Source: a virus
Lineage: Duplodnaviria; Caudoviricetes
Virus record (IMG/VR): IMGVR_UViG_3300037472_000096
Span: 1-29,344 of that record
Length of the DNA: 29,344 bases
Direction: 5' to 3' (one strand)
In this document: piece after piece, positions 9,310-18,663 of the stretch
Layout of the letters: each line of letters begins with the position of its first letter
Numbering within the stretch: the stretch's first letter is position 1
The notes under the pieces: generated by a model
Database searches by the model: none
What the model saw: only the letters and a program-made list of their open reading frames with translations
What the model was told of the DNA's origin: nothing
Translations under genes and position numbers: made by a program

Positions 9310-9933
9310 TCAGGTATCCGAGTTGCCGCAGGTGTCCGGGAGATCGAGAAAAGGCTGGTGGTGCGTTGAGCGGCAGGGAGCCGGTTCTTTCAGGCCATAG
9401 GTGAAGCCGAGGTTGCTCACCTTCATGCCCCGCCATTCGCGCCAGTCGCCGAAGAGTTCGGTGAAGTCGCGGTCGAAGAACACCCAGCGGCCGGGGAGAC
9501 GGTTGAGCACATCCATACCGCAGAGATCGACCACGGACGCGGCAACTCGGGTGTCGGATAGAAGTCCGTCGGGCTGTCGATTCCGTGGCATCCGGCGCAA
9601 TAACTCGCGCCACTGGCTCCACGTTCCGTTGTGGAACAGCACGGCGCGGGCATGACCGGACAAGCGGGTGGTCGCTTTGCTAGAAACTGGAAAAGGGTGG
9701 CACAGCTTCGGCGTCACCTCACCCACGCTCGCCCACCGGAAGTGGATCACAATTTCGCCGGGAAGTTCGGCGATCAGAATTTCAAGATCATCAGGTTCGA
9801 GTCCCTTGAACCAGCGCACCACTCCATCTTCGCGCCACGCCACACCGGCCCCGTGGGGATTGGCTTCGTGGCAGGCATCAAGGGTGGCGCGATCAGGGCG
9901 CACGTTCTCAGGGCATACTAGGATTACACACAT
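9310..9933 (-). CDS. Class II (Ntn) glutamine amidotransferase-like protein
   Basis: N-terminal M-C nucleophile, NPHGAG, IHFRWAS.G, CHPF, FHNG, SDTR motifs. Confidence 0.85.
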   Translation of the reverse strand: MCVILVCPENVRPDRATLDACHEANPHGAGVAWREDGVVRWFKGLEPDDLEILIAELPGEIVIHFRWASVGEVTPKLCHPFPVSSKATTRLSGHARAVLFHNGTWSQWRELLRRMPRNRQPDGLLSDTRVAASVVDLCGMDVLNRLPGRWVFFDRDFTELFGDWREWRGMKVSNLGFTYGLKEPAPCRSTHHQPFLDLPDTCGNSDT

Positions 9934-9949
9934 GGCTTTCGGGGGTGGG

Positions 9950-10894
9950 TTAGAGGTTGGCGTAGGGAAAACGGGAATCGAAGCGGCGGCACATCCGGTC
10001 GGCTATCTTCCGGTAGTGCTTGAATTCCGAGTGCAGGGGGCCGACCAGACCCAGGGCGACATCGCGCTTTGATCCGGTCCATCCGAGGTAATCCCAGAGG
10101 AAGCGGACTGCGTCCTTCGCGGTGGCCGTGCGTTTCGCCTGCGACTTGTTTTTACCGAAAGCACCGAGGCATTCGATTTCGGCAGCGCGGCGGCAAAGCC
10201 CTAACACCGTGGCAAGGTGGTGCAGTAATTTGTGGCGGTTGAGTGTGCCGGCGAAGACCCGAAATTCGATCACTCCATGGGAGAAGAGTTTTTGGAAGTT
10301 GATCATCCCGCGTCCACATTGACGGGCGGCATCGCTCTTGCGTTGAGGATTGCTGTTGCGCTCCATCTGGCGGACCAGAGTTCCAACGTCCTCGCCGAGA
10401 GTGTGGCTGTATCGGTTCAGGTGGCGTCCTGTCCCCGTTTGACCGTAGAGGCTCATGGCGTGCCAGCGGGTGATGTGGGCGAGCTTGCGAGCGTATTCGC
10501 TCATCGCTTGTGGATCGTTGGTGCCGATGATGGATTCGACGCCCACGGTGATATGGCATCCGCACGAGCCGTTCACGTTCGCCCCGATGGCGTTCACCCA
10601 TTCCAAGAATTGAATGAGATGTTCGACGCCCTCGCCGCCTTTGAGGATGGGTGAAACAAATTCACATGCCATGCGGCCAGGGCGGATGCGGATGGAACCG
10701 TCACGCTCGGCTTTCCAATAGTTGCCGTTGAAGGTGGGAGCATTGACGCTCTGGCGCGATTCAGTGGCAATGCCCTCAACCACGGAAGTGCCGACGTGGT
10801 AGGCACCGACTCCGATGTCGGACGTGTTTGGAATGGTGGTTTCGAGTTCGACGCCGAAGGTGATGGATTCGGCTTTGGGATCTTGTGCTTTCAT
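9950..10894 (-). CDS. Putative amidoligase (COOH-NH2 ligase, Amidoligase_2 type)
   Basis: TFGVELE, W...RDGSI, EFVSPIL, SCGCHITV, IEFRVFAGTLN motifs; start reassigned to MKAQDPK at 10894. Confidence 0.85.
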   Translation of the reverse strand: MKAQDPKAESITFGVELETTIPNTSDIGVGAYHVGTSVVEGIATESRQSVNAPTFNGNYWKAERDGSIRIRPGRMACEFVSPILKGGEGVEHLIQFLEWVNAIGANVNGSCGCHITVGVESIIGTNDPQAMSEYARKLAHITRWHAMSLYGQTGTGRHLNRYSHTLGEDVGTLVRQMERNSNPQRKSDAARQCGRGMINFQKLFSHGVIEFRVFAGTLNRHKLLHHLATVLGLCRRAAEIECLGAFGKNKSQAKRTATAKDAVRFLWDYLGWTGSKRDVALGLVGPLHSEFKHYRKIADRMCRRFDSRFPYANL

Positions 10895-10940
10895 TGGTGG
10901 ATCTGGTTGAAATCTGAGGCCGGTGAGGGCAGAGGTGCCC

Positions 10941-11065
10941 GCGTTCCGACATCCTCCTTCCTGCCAGCCATCCGCGTCGTTTGTCGCGCACCATCCGCAC
11001 GCCAATTCGCACCATTTTTGTCGGCCATTTATTACCGTTAGATGCTGTTGGCATGCGGATTGAAC
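10941..11065. repeat. ~125-bp intergenic regulatory module, copy A (upstream of amidoligase)
   Basis: GCGTTCCGACATCCTCCTTCCTGCCAG...CGTCGTTTGTCGCG..CCATCCGCACGCC..TTCGCACCATTTTTGT...GTTGGCAT.CG.ATTGAAC recurs at 12540-12664. Confidence 0.9.
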
Positions 11066-11114
11066 GGGGCAATGATTGACAGGTCTCTGGGTAATCCGCT
11101 GGATTCCTCACCAC

Positions 11115-11621
11115 ATGCCGAAGCTCACCCCGGATCAAATGGCGGCGGCCATCAGCAGGCAAATGAAGTTGGCCACCAGCGAGGCGCTCAATGCCCGGTG
11201 CGATGAACTTGCCCTGCTTCAGAAGGTCATGTTCATGGAGCTCGTGAGTTTTGTGAGAGATGGGGCCACCGACGACCAGATCACCGAGCTGATCGGGTTC
11301 CTTTCCGTGATGCAGTATCTGGCCGAGGGCATTTCCAAAGGGGTAGACAGACCCGTCAAGATGCCAGAGTTTCGCGAGTCGGTTAAGCGGGCGATCTTCT
11401 GGTTCAAAACATTCGACTCAGACGATCCGGCCGATCAGAAACAAATGATGGGTAGCTGGCTGGAATCGATGGAGCAGCAAGGCGAACCGGTTATCTGGGC
11501 ATGGGTGACCAATATGCTCAAGAAACATGACATCCTCACATGCTCACTTGCCGAGGGGATGGTTGTCACCATCTACGCGGTTGCCGACGTGTTCAGCAGG
11601 AGGTTTGCGAAAGTGCAATGA
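11115..11621 (+). CDS. Hypothetical all-helical protein (moron-like, opposite strand)
   Basis: 168-aa ORF from ATG 11115, convergent with the ligase, TTGACA upstream at 11076. Confidence 0.7.
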   Translation: MPKLTPDQMAAAISRQMKLATSEALNARCDELALLQKVMFMELVSFVRDGATDDQITELIGFLSVMQYLAEGISKGVDRPVKMPEFRESVKRAIFWFKTFDSDDPADQKQMMGSWLESMEQQGEPVIWAWVTNMLKKHDILTCSLAEGMVVTIYAVADVFSRRFAKVQ

Positions 11622-11634
11622 GGCGTGGACAAAT

Positions 11635-12516
11635 TCACATGTCCCATGCCTCGCGAAACCCGATGAACTTCGGGAATCTCGGTGCATCCTTGGCACCGCT
11701 CGGCTGGTGGCTAAACTTCACCACCCGTCCTATCAGGGAGTCGCGGTCCATCCAGAGCGTGACCCGGTCGATTCCACCGACGATGTGATTGTAGCCAAGC
11801 CGAAATTCCACGCCGGTGGATAGGTGCCGGACAATGAAGCCGCCGAGTTCGCCCCGGCCAACCATCCCAGCTTGGGCGAGGCTGCGTTTCGTGCGTCCAA
11901 AGGCATCCAGTTCGGCGGCGTTCTGGTTGGTCATGCCCTCGTAGGGTTCAAGCACCACGGCCTCCGCGTCCTCAAAGCGTTTGATCTTGAGAAGCCACGC
12001 TTCGCGCTCGGTGGACCGTCCGCACTTGTAGGGTGAGTGGGTGGAGCGAACCATCACGCCCTCGTATCCCGCAGCGATGCATTCTTCCTCGTAGGTGGCC
12101 AGTTCGGCGGCATTTCGAATGATTACTGGCAGCACCTTCACCACTTGGTCATGATCCGGCAGCGCGGCCAGGCGCTTCATCCGTTCGGCATAGGGCGTGG
12201 CGGTGGATTCATCCACGTAATCGAAGACGTGGAAGACAAAGTCCGGCTGGCCATCCCGGCGACCGATCGCGCTCGTGGTTTCCGAGAACGTACCGTCGCG
12301 CAGCATGAGTTCGCCGTCCACGCCGTCGGGCAAGTTGGCTTCGATCCACTCACGGGCGAAGCGATTGGAGATTGGCTTGAACGAGCGGCTGAGTGCTTTG
12401 CCACCGATCTTGAGACAGCGGATGCCGTCGAGTTTCGGCGTGGCGAGCACGGGGAATGGGAGGAGGTGTGGGTTCTCGCACTTGGAGGCGAGCATCGGCT
12501 TTGATATGGCATTCAT
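11635..12516 (-). CDS. Minimal ATP-dependent DNA ligase
   Basis: KPMLA, motif I KLDGIR, DGEL, FHVFD, EGVMVR, LLKIKRFEDAEA, C-terminal PRFPKFIGFR. Confidence 0.92.
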   Translation of the reverse strand: MNAISKPMLASKCENPHLLPFPVLATPKLDGIRCLKIGGKALSRSFKPISNRFAREWIEANLPDGVDGELMLRDGTFSETTSAIGRRDGQPDFVFHVFDYVDESTATPYAERMKRLAALPDHDQVVKVLPVIIRNAAELATYEEECIAAGYEGVMVRSTHSPYKCGRSTEREAWLLKIKRFEDAEAVVLEPYEGMTNQNAAELDAFGRTKRSLAQAGMVGRGELGGFIVRHLSTGVEFRLGYNHIVGGIDRVTLWMDRDSLIGRVVKFSHQPSGAKDAPRFPKFIGFREAWDM

Positions 12517-12539
12517 TGTTCTGTGGGTCGGAGGGTTGA

Positions 12540-12664
12540 GCGTTCCGACATCCTCCTTCCTGCCAGTCAATTTCGTCGTTTGTCGCGTGCCATCCGCACG
12601 CCGGTTCGCACCATTTTTGTTGGCTATTTCCCGTAGGTTCGTGCCGTTGGCATACGAATTGAAC
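12540..12664. repeat. ~125-bp intergenic regulatory module, copy B (upstream of ligase)
   Basis: Direct repeat of 10941-11065 with scattered substitutions. Confidence 0.9.
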
Positions 12665-12785
12665 AGGCTGAAAACCGGCCATGAAATGACCGCAAAATCA
12701 GCACCCTCTGGAATGCCGCGTTATCAGCCGTAGGAACACACGACCCCCGCACAAGGGATGGCAATATGGTCGGCCCTCACATCCA

Positions 12786-12847
12786 CCATCCGCATTTGTT
12801 AGTTTGCCGTTAGGCGCGGAAAATCTCCGTTGGCATACGGATTGGAC
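12786..12847. repeat. Partial third copy of the module
   Basis: CCATCCGCA at 12786 and GTTGGCATACGGATTGGAC at 12829-12847. Confidence 0.65.
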
Positions 12848-12855
12848 AAGCGGCG

Positions 12856-13137
12856 TCAGTATTCTTCAGGAAGCAAAATTGTCGTCATGCTCCGGTCGTG
12901 TTCGGTGATGATATAAAGCCGGTCGCCGCCCTCGGTGCGGTAACAACTCAGCAGGCGAGTGCCGTCATTGAGCGAGTGCTCGTTCGCCTGCTTGTCCTCG
13001 GAGCAGAGTTCCTCGCCCCAATCACCGCAATGATGACGGCGGAGGAATTTTGAAAGGTCCACGTTCAGCGCAAGTGCGCCGGGGGTGGCGTAGATTTTCC
13101 CAAGCGGGAATCGGGGTTGCATCAGTTGGTATGGCAT
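12856..13137 (-). CDS. Conserved small plasmid/ICE/phage-associated protein
   Basis: FPLGKIYATPGA...RHHCGDWG...ED..ANE..L..G.RLLS.Y...YIITE.DRS.TTILLPEEY is a recognisable mobile-element family of unknown function. Confidence 0.75.
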   Translation of the reverse strand: MPYQLMQPRFPLGKIYATPGALALNVDLSKFLRRHHCGDWGEELCSEDKQANEHSLNDGTRLLSCYRTEGGDRLYIITEHDRSMTTILLPEEY

Positions 13138-13160
13138 TGGATCTTGGGGTTGGTGGTTTA

Positions 13161-13718
13161 TCAGGAATCAATCAGGTTGTCGAACAGGCCGGGGATGAAG
13201 GGATTGAGAGCTTCCTGTTCAGCTTTGAAGAACTCGGCCTTGGTCTTGCCCGCAGCACGACCCTGCGGCGTGTGGCAGTCGTAGGCGTAATCGGGAATGG
13301 GGATGTATTCGCCAGCCGCTTCGAGTTCGTCGGTGAGGGTTTCCGGGTCCAACCCGGCCTGCTGGTCATAGACGAAGTTTTGCAGGTGGTCAGGATCGCG
13401 GCTCTTCTTGGCGAGACTCAGCAAGATCACCGCCTTGGAGACGAAGATACGGCCCTTTGGCGTCTTCGATGGCGTGTTTCGATTGATCTCAGTGTAGCTG
13501 TCGTGCAGCGCCTTGACTTCCGCCGTGAGGATTCCCCAGCAGTCCTCCGCGCTCACGGTGAGCAGACGCCTCCAGACATATTGCCCGAATCCGCTGGCCC
13601 AAAGTTCGAGCGCCCAATATCCGGCCAGCTTTGCGTCACCGCGCCGGATCGCCTTCTGCATCGCGCTGGACACTCCAGGGAAGGAGTAACCGCGCTTGGT
13701 GTGTAAGTGATAACTCAT
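13161..13718 (-). CDS. MgsA/RarA C-terminal-domain-like protein
   Basis: SAMQKAIRRGD...YW...WRRLLTVSAEDC and IPDYAYDCHT resemble the helical domain after the ATPase in RarA/MgsA. Confidence 0.7.
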   Translation of the reverse strand: MSYHLHTKRGYSFPGVSSAMQKAIRRGDAKLAGYWALELWASGFGQYVWRRLLTVSAEDCWGILTAEVKALHDSYTEINRNTPSKTPKGRIFVSKAVILLSLAKKSRDPDHLQNFVYDQQAGLDPETLTDELEAAGEYIPIPDYAYDCHTPQGRAAGKTKAEFFKAEQEALNPFIPGLFDNLIDS

Positions 13719-13772
13719 CGTCTGTTAGCTTGCCAGTGTTGCACACGACGTGGAAGCAGTTTGGGCCACCAT

Positions 13773-14567
13773 TTATCGCAGCTTCACCGATTGGCGACGG
13801 GGTGCGTCCATCGAAACTCGATCTTGGCTCTTGTAGGACTCCAGACGGATGTGCGCCTTCCACTTACGCTTGATGTATCGCTTCTCCGTGGCGATGCGCT
13901 CCTCACTGCGGAACAAGCTGTTGCCCCCGAGGTTCTTGTCGCGTTCCTGGACAAAGCAGAACCTCGCTTCGTTCCACACGAGCCGGTTGTCCATGAGTTC
14001 CTGCAACGTGGCGTCGATGTCGCACTTGCATTTGAGAAGTTCGTCCCACTTCGGCACGCCGCCCTTTTCATCGCGCACCACACCCACCGCGCCGCCGACC
14101 CAGTGGTTCACACCGAATGGATCATTTCGCTGCAATAGCCGCGGATCGCTTCGCTGGTGCCAGCCGAACAACCGAGCCCCTGCCCCACGCGCACACCACG
14201 CCGAGTTTTCGAGCATGGCGATGGTTTCGGCGATGGAGAGTTTCCGGCACCGAAGGGACACCATGCACACGCACGCGGAAATATCGTCGTCGAGCATGAC
14301 GATGGCGTCGTCCTTGAAATGTTTCAGCACCCAGTTCCGCACGGCGCTGATGCCGGCGATCTCGTCGGGGATGGTTTCGATTTCCAGCCCGGTGTGCCGG
14401 TAATGCTCAGCCTCGCTTGCGGGAACGAGCAGCGTCGCCGTCGGGAACAGCTTGTGGCTGGTGATCGAGCGGCTTCGGCTCCGTGACAGGATCACCAAGC
14501 GAAGTTTCAACGGGCGGAATTCCGGCCATGCTGGCGCGGCGGCAGAGTTCGATAAGTCGTTTTCCAT
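13773..14567 (-). CDS. GT-A fold glycosyltransferase (GREB1-related / TET-associated type)
   Basis: VILSRSRS, LLVPASE...Y, GISAVRNWVL, IVMLDDDI (DxD), CDID, NLGGN motifs; adjacent to a ParB-like gene. Confidence 0.7.
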   Translation of the reverse strand: MENDLSNSAAAPAWPEFRPLKLRLVILSRSRSRSITSHKLFPTATLLVPASEAEHYRHTGLEIETIPDEIAGISAVRNWVLKHFKDDAIVMLDDDISACVCMVSLRCRKLSIAETIAMLENSAWCARGAGARLFGWHQRSDPRLLQRNDPFGVNHWVGGAVGVVRDEKGGVPKWDELLKCKCDIDATLQELMDNRLVWNEARFCFVQERDKNLGGNSLFRSEERIATEKRYIKRKWKAHIRLESYKSQDRVSMDAPRRQSVKLR

Positions 14568-15186
14568 GGAGCACACGGCCAATGCCGATTTTTTTGGTTC
14601 TGCGGTTGATCGAGTAGTCAACCTCATGCACCCCCATGAGTTGAAGCACCTGCATCCAATCCCGCAGGTCGTGGAACATGAACACAAGGTAGTCGTGAGT
14701 CTCGAACGCCTGGCATTCCATCCGGGGGATCGTTTCGAGTTCGTCCTCGGGATTTCCAGCGTCGTCCATCAGCTTTCGGATCTCGTCCTCCATGAAGCCT
14801 GTCAGCTCGATGTCGAAGTCGGGATCGGCATCGGCGATGGATTTGAGCACTCGGCGCAGATCGTCTTCGTCGAGTTCAGCAAGTTCCGACAGCCGGTTGT
14901 CGGCCAACAGGTCGGCGAGTTCTTCGGCTTCGCTGGCATAGTCCTGCTCGTCCACAGGGATCGTTTCGCAGCCAATCAGAAGCGCTGCCTCCAGCCGTCC
15001 ATGTCCTCTCACAATCAGCCCAGAGCGTTTCGAGACGGTGACGGGATTGCGCCAGCCTTGTTCCTGGATGATCGACGCGAGAAGCTGGATCTGGTGGGCG
15101 CTGTGCCGGTTTGGATTGACCGGGTTGGGTTTCAGCGTGTTCGGATCAACGAGGGCGGTGTGGGCGCAATGCACGGGGATGCTCAT
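14407..15186 (-). CDS. ParB/Srx N-terminal domain protein
   Basis: LKPNPVNPNRH...I..LASII...GWRNPVTV...IVRGHGRLEAA...LADNRL. Confidence 0.85.
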   Translation of the reverse strand: MSIPVHCAHTALVDPNTLKPNPVNPNRHSAHQIQLLASIIQEQGWRNPVTVSKRSGLIVRGHGRLEAALLIGCETIPVDEQDYASEAEELADLLADNRLSELAELDEDDLRRVLKSIADADPDFDIELTGFMEDEIRKLMDDAGNPEDELETIPRMECQAFETHDYLVFMFHDLRDWMQVLQLMGVHEVDYSINRRTKKIGIGRVLHGKRLIELCRRASMAGIPPVETSLGDPVTEPKPLDHQPQAVPDGDAARSRKRG

Positions 15187-15221
15187 GACCCGGTGCCGGG
15201 AGTCAACCTTGACACCAATCG

Positions 15222-15689
15222 CTACTTTTTCGGGCTGCTAAAGAGGCCAGAGACAAATCCAATAGCCGCAGCTAGAAATTTGGTGGCATCGTGAACATCC
15301 TGGTCTTCATTCAGCTTTTCTAATTTCGCTTTGATATTCACACGCTGCCATTTCACAGCAGATCGCCAATAATCAGACCCCTCACATTATGAGATAATGA
15401 TCTTCATTGCAGCATCGAGTGGAACTCCCCCAGTTGGAGATTCGTATTGGCCGCCTTCGGAAAATTCCTGATACCGCAAATAGAAATTTTCACTCACCGA
15501 TCCAGCAGCACCGATGTAGTCGGTTTTGGAAGTCAGGATTTCAAAACAACTGACCTGCTTTCCCCCAGGAAGACTCATGAGTTCTTCCAAAATCTCTTCG
15601 GTGCTGGGATTCTCAATGCAGTTTACTACACGCTCAGACCCATGTGGCCCAACGTAGGTGTTAAGTTGCTGACGCTTTTTCGCTGCCAT
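15222..15689 (-). pseudogene. AT-rich moron gene with in-frame TAA at 15387-15389
   Basis: MAAKKRQQ...MKIIIS*CEGSDYWRSAVKWQRV...GLFSSPKK*: the frame stays open 54 codons past the TAA, ending just before the ParB upstream region. Confidence 0.6.
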
Positions 15690-15783
15690 ATGGTCGTAGT
15701 GATTTGGATACCACTGTGGATAAATTCGAGCAAGACGGTATTTTTGTGAGGGCCGACATGGTTGACGAGTCCGCAACCTGCGG

Positions 15784-16389
15784 ATGGAAGCCGTTTCCCC
15801 TGACATCGCCAAAAAGCTGCTTTCGCGGGACTTCGCCAATCTGGTCGGTCGCGTCCAGAAGGGTGGCAAACTCACCCGTGTCGAACGGGCGATGCTGCAA
15901 TCCATGGCCACCGGCACCGGAGCGGCACCCACTACCGCCGCCAACTACGTCGAGCTGGCCAACATTCTCGGAATCACCCGCCAGTCGGCCCACGCGTGGA
16001 AAAAGCGCAAGGACGCACCAAAGCCAGCATCGAATGGTTTGCATGACGTGGCTGCATGGCGGGAGTTCATGCGTCGCAATGATTTGAAGGGGGGCGAACC
16101 ACTCACCCAGGACGCCGCCGACATTGAGACCTCACTCAAAGCCCGCAAGCTGCTCGCCGAAGTTGAGGAACGGGAACTGCGGTTAGGGATCAAACGAGGT
16201 GACTTCGTGGCGGTCGAGGAAGTCAGGCAGGCATGGACTGAGTTCGTGGCGCAGGCAACGTCGATGCTTCGCAAGAAGTTCGAGCAGGAATTGCCGCCGA
16301 TTCTCTCGGGCCTCGACGCCACCGGCATTCAGGAAGAAGCCCGCCGCGCCATCGACGAGGTGTTGACGATTCTCCACGAGGGCGAATGA
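15784..16389 (+). CDS. Terminase small subunit (Nu1-like)
   Basis: HTH (YVELANILGITRQSAHAWKKR) then coiled segment LKARKLLAEVEERELRLGIKRGDFV; ATGA-coupled to the large subunit. Confidence 0.8.
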   Translation: MEAVSPDIAKKLLSRDFANLVGRVQKGGKLTRVERAMLQSMATGTGAAPTTAANYVELANILGITRQSAHAWKKRKDAPKPASNGLHDVAAWREFMRRNDLKGGEPLTQDAADIETSLKARKLLAEVEERELRLGIKRGDFVAVEEVRQAWTEFVAQATSMLRKKFEQELPPILSGLDATGIQEEARRAIDEVLTILHEGE

Positions 16390-18209
16390 AGACCATCGAA
16401 CCTGCACGCAAGAAGCTCGAACGGATCTGGCGGAATGCTTGGCGTCCCCCGGATCGTCGTCCCCCGTGGGCGTGGTGCGAGGAACACATCACCTCGATCC
16501 CCTACTCTCCCATTCCCGGCCGGTTCCGCTCGGCCAACTCGCCATGGATGCGCGAGCCGATGGAAGCATTGGTCGATCCGAAGATCCGCATCGTGAGCAT
16601 CATCGCCGCGATCCAAAGCGGCAAAACCAGCGTGGGTGAACTCGGCCTCGCCCACATCATCGCCAACCATCCAGGCCCCACGCTCTGGCTCGATCAGACC
16701 GACGACGACGCGAAAGAGTGAGGCGGAAGCCGACTCCAGAAACTCTTCGATGAATGTGAGCCTGTGAAGGCACTCTATCCGGCCAATCGTCACAAGAAAC
16801 GCAACAACACAATCCACTTCGCCAACGGCATGACGCTCTGGGTGCTAGGTGCAAACAACAAGACGAACCTCCAGCGGCGCTCGATTCGTTGGTTAGTCTG
16901 CGATGAGACATGGCGCTACAAAAATGGTCACATGGCGGAAGCGGAAGCCCGTGTCACCGCGTTCGGTTGGCTTGGCAAGTGCCTGTTCATGAGCCAAGGC
17001 GGCGAGGAGGATGACGACACCCACAGGAAGTTTGAAACCACCAACATGCGTGAGTGGACGTTCGCCTGTCCCCACTGCCACCACCGCCAACCCTTCAAGT
17101 GGGACCAGGTGGAATGGAGCAAGGACGCCCGCGATGAATCCGGTCAGTGGGATTTCCAGAAAGTCAGGGACACCACTACGATGCATTGCGTCTCGTGCAA
17201 CCACTACTTCAATGACAGCGACCGAACCCGCCGTGAACTCAGCCTCACCGGTTGCTACATCACCACCAACCCAAACGCCCCAAAGGAAAACGTGGGTTTC
17301 CACTGGAATGCCCTCTGCGCCATGAGCTGGGGACGCTTGGCCGAGCTGTATCTCCGCGCAAAAACCGCCGCCCGCAAAGGAGACGTGAGCTTGATCCAAC
17401 AGTTCTACCAGAAGCGACTGGCGCTGGCGTGGCGGGAATACCTCGAAGACTACCGCTTGGAGATCATCCCCGGCGGCTATCTCAAAGGCGAAATCTGGGA
17501 CGGCGAGGCAGGCGTGGATGCCCAAGGGCGCTTGGTTCCGGCTGGCGAACCGTGTGCCTGTCCACTGCGGATCCTCACGGTGGACTGCCAGATGGACCAC
17601 CTTTGGCTGGTCGTGCGCGCATGGGCCGAGGACGGATCGAGCCGATTGATCTGGGACGAGCGGATACTCACTTTCACCGACGTGGAGAGCGTGCAGGAGC
17701 GCTTTGGCATTCACCCGAACCTGGTGTTCATCGACGCCGGATACGCCACCTACGACGTCTATCGTGAATGCGCGGCCCACGGATGGACAGCACTCTTGGG
17801 CGACAAGCGCGCCACCTTCACGCACAAGGTGAAAGGCCGAAAATCCGTCGAGCGGTTCTATTCGCCGCGAAGGAAGGTGGTGCTCGGCCGCGGCCAATCG
17901 TGCTCGGTGTTCTACTGGTCCAACCTCAACATCAAGGACACACTCGCCCGCCTTCGGCGAAACCAAAACCCCGAGAACGGGCCGGTGTGGGAGGTGCCTG
18001 ACGATATCGACGAGGAATATCTCGCCCAAATGGAAAGCGAGCACCGGATCAAGAAAGGCGGCAAGTGGATTTGGGAGCGTATCGGGTCTCGCGCCAACCA
18101 CCTCTTCGATAACGAGGCAATGCAGGTTGCCGCCGCCACCATGCTCAAGATCGTGGGGCGCGAATCAGTGGGAGAGCCCGCCGTTGACACTCAGGACGAG
18201 GCATCATGA
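16386..18209 (+). pseudogene. Terminase large subunit (lambda GpA family) with in-frame TGA at 16719-16721
   Basis: ORFs 16386..16721 (Walker A QSGKT) and 16764..18209 (Walker B LVCDE, CPHC/CVSC, LTVDCQ, NHLFD) are in the same frame. Confidence 0.88.
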
Positions 18210-18640
18210 GTGCCTTCTCCGATTGGTTCGAGTCCCAAGAATTCCGTCACTTCGGTGCCCGCGAGTTCGAATCCTACTTCGCGGCGCAGCGAAGAGGCGT
18301 GACCAACAGTGCGCCACCCAAAAGCCTCTGGAAGAACATCGTGCCCACGCTCCGGATCGTCGATGATTTGCGCCAATCGTTCGGCAAACCCTGCCGGATC
18401 CTCAGCTCGTATCGCTCGCCGGACTACAATCGGGCAGTTGGCGGTGTCCCTCTCAGCCAGCACAGGAACTTTACCGCCCTCGACATTGCCTTTGATGGAG
18501 TGAGCCCGAAGCAAGTCTATGATCGGCTGTTGGAGTGGCGCAGAGCGGGCAAGTTTGTGGGCGGGCTTGGAATCTATCCATCGTCTGGCTTCGTCCACAT
18601 CGACACGCGGGGCAGCAATGCCACTTGGAGCGGTCGTTGA
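18206..18640 (+). CDS. Peptidase M15 (Zn D-Ala-D-Ala peptidase-type, probable endolysin)
   Basis: SSYRSP.YN..VGG...SQH....ALD and GGLGIY....FVHIDTRG zinc-ligand motifs. Confidence 0.88.
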   Translation: MSAFSDWFESQEFRHFGAREFESYFAAQRRGVTNSAPPKSLWKNIVPTLRIVDDLRQSFGKPCRILSSYRSPDYNRAVGGVPLSQHRNFTALDIAFDGVSPKQVYDRLLEWRRAGKFVGGLGIYPSSGFVHIDTRGSNATWSGR

Positions 18641-18663
18641 TCCGTTGACACCCGCCCTCGGTC

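Noticed and set aside
16893-18101. Long antisense ORFs (402 aa here; also 14452..15294, 6198..6950, 13050..13706, 21580..22224, 28668..29267)
   Set aside because: Shadow frames of GC-rich genes with clear motifs on the opposite strand.
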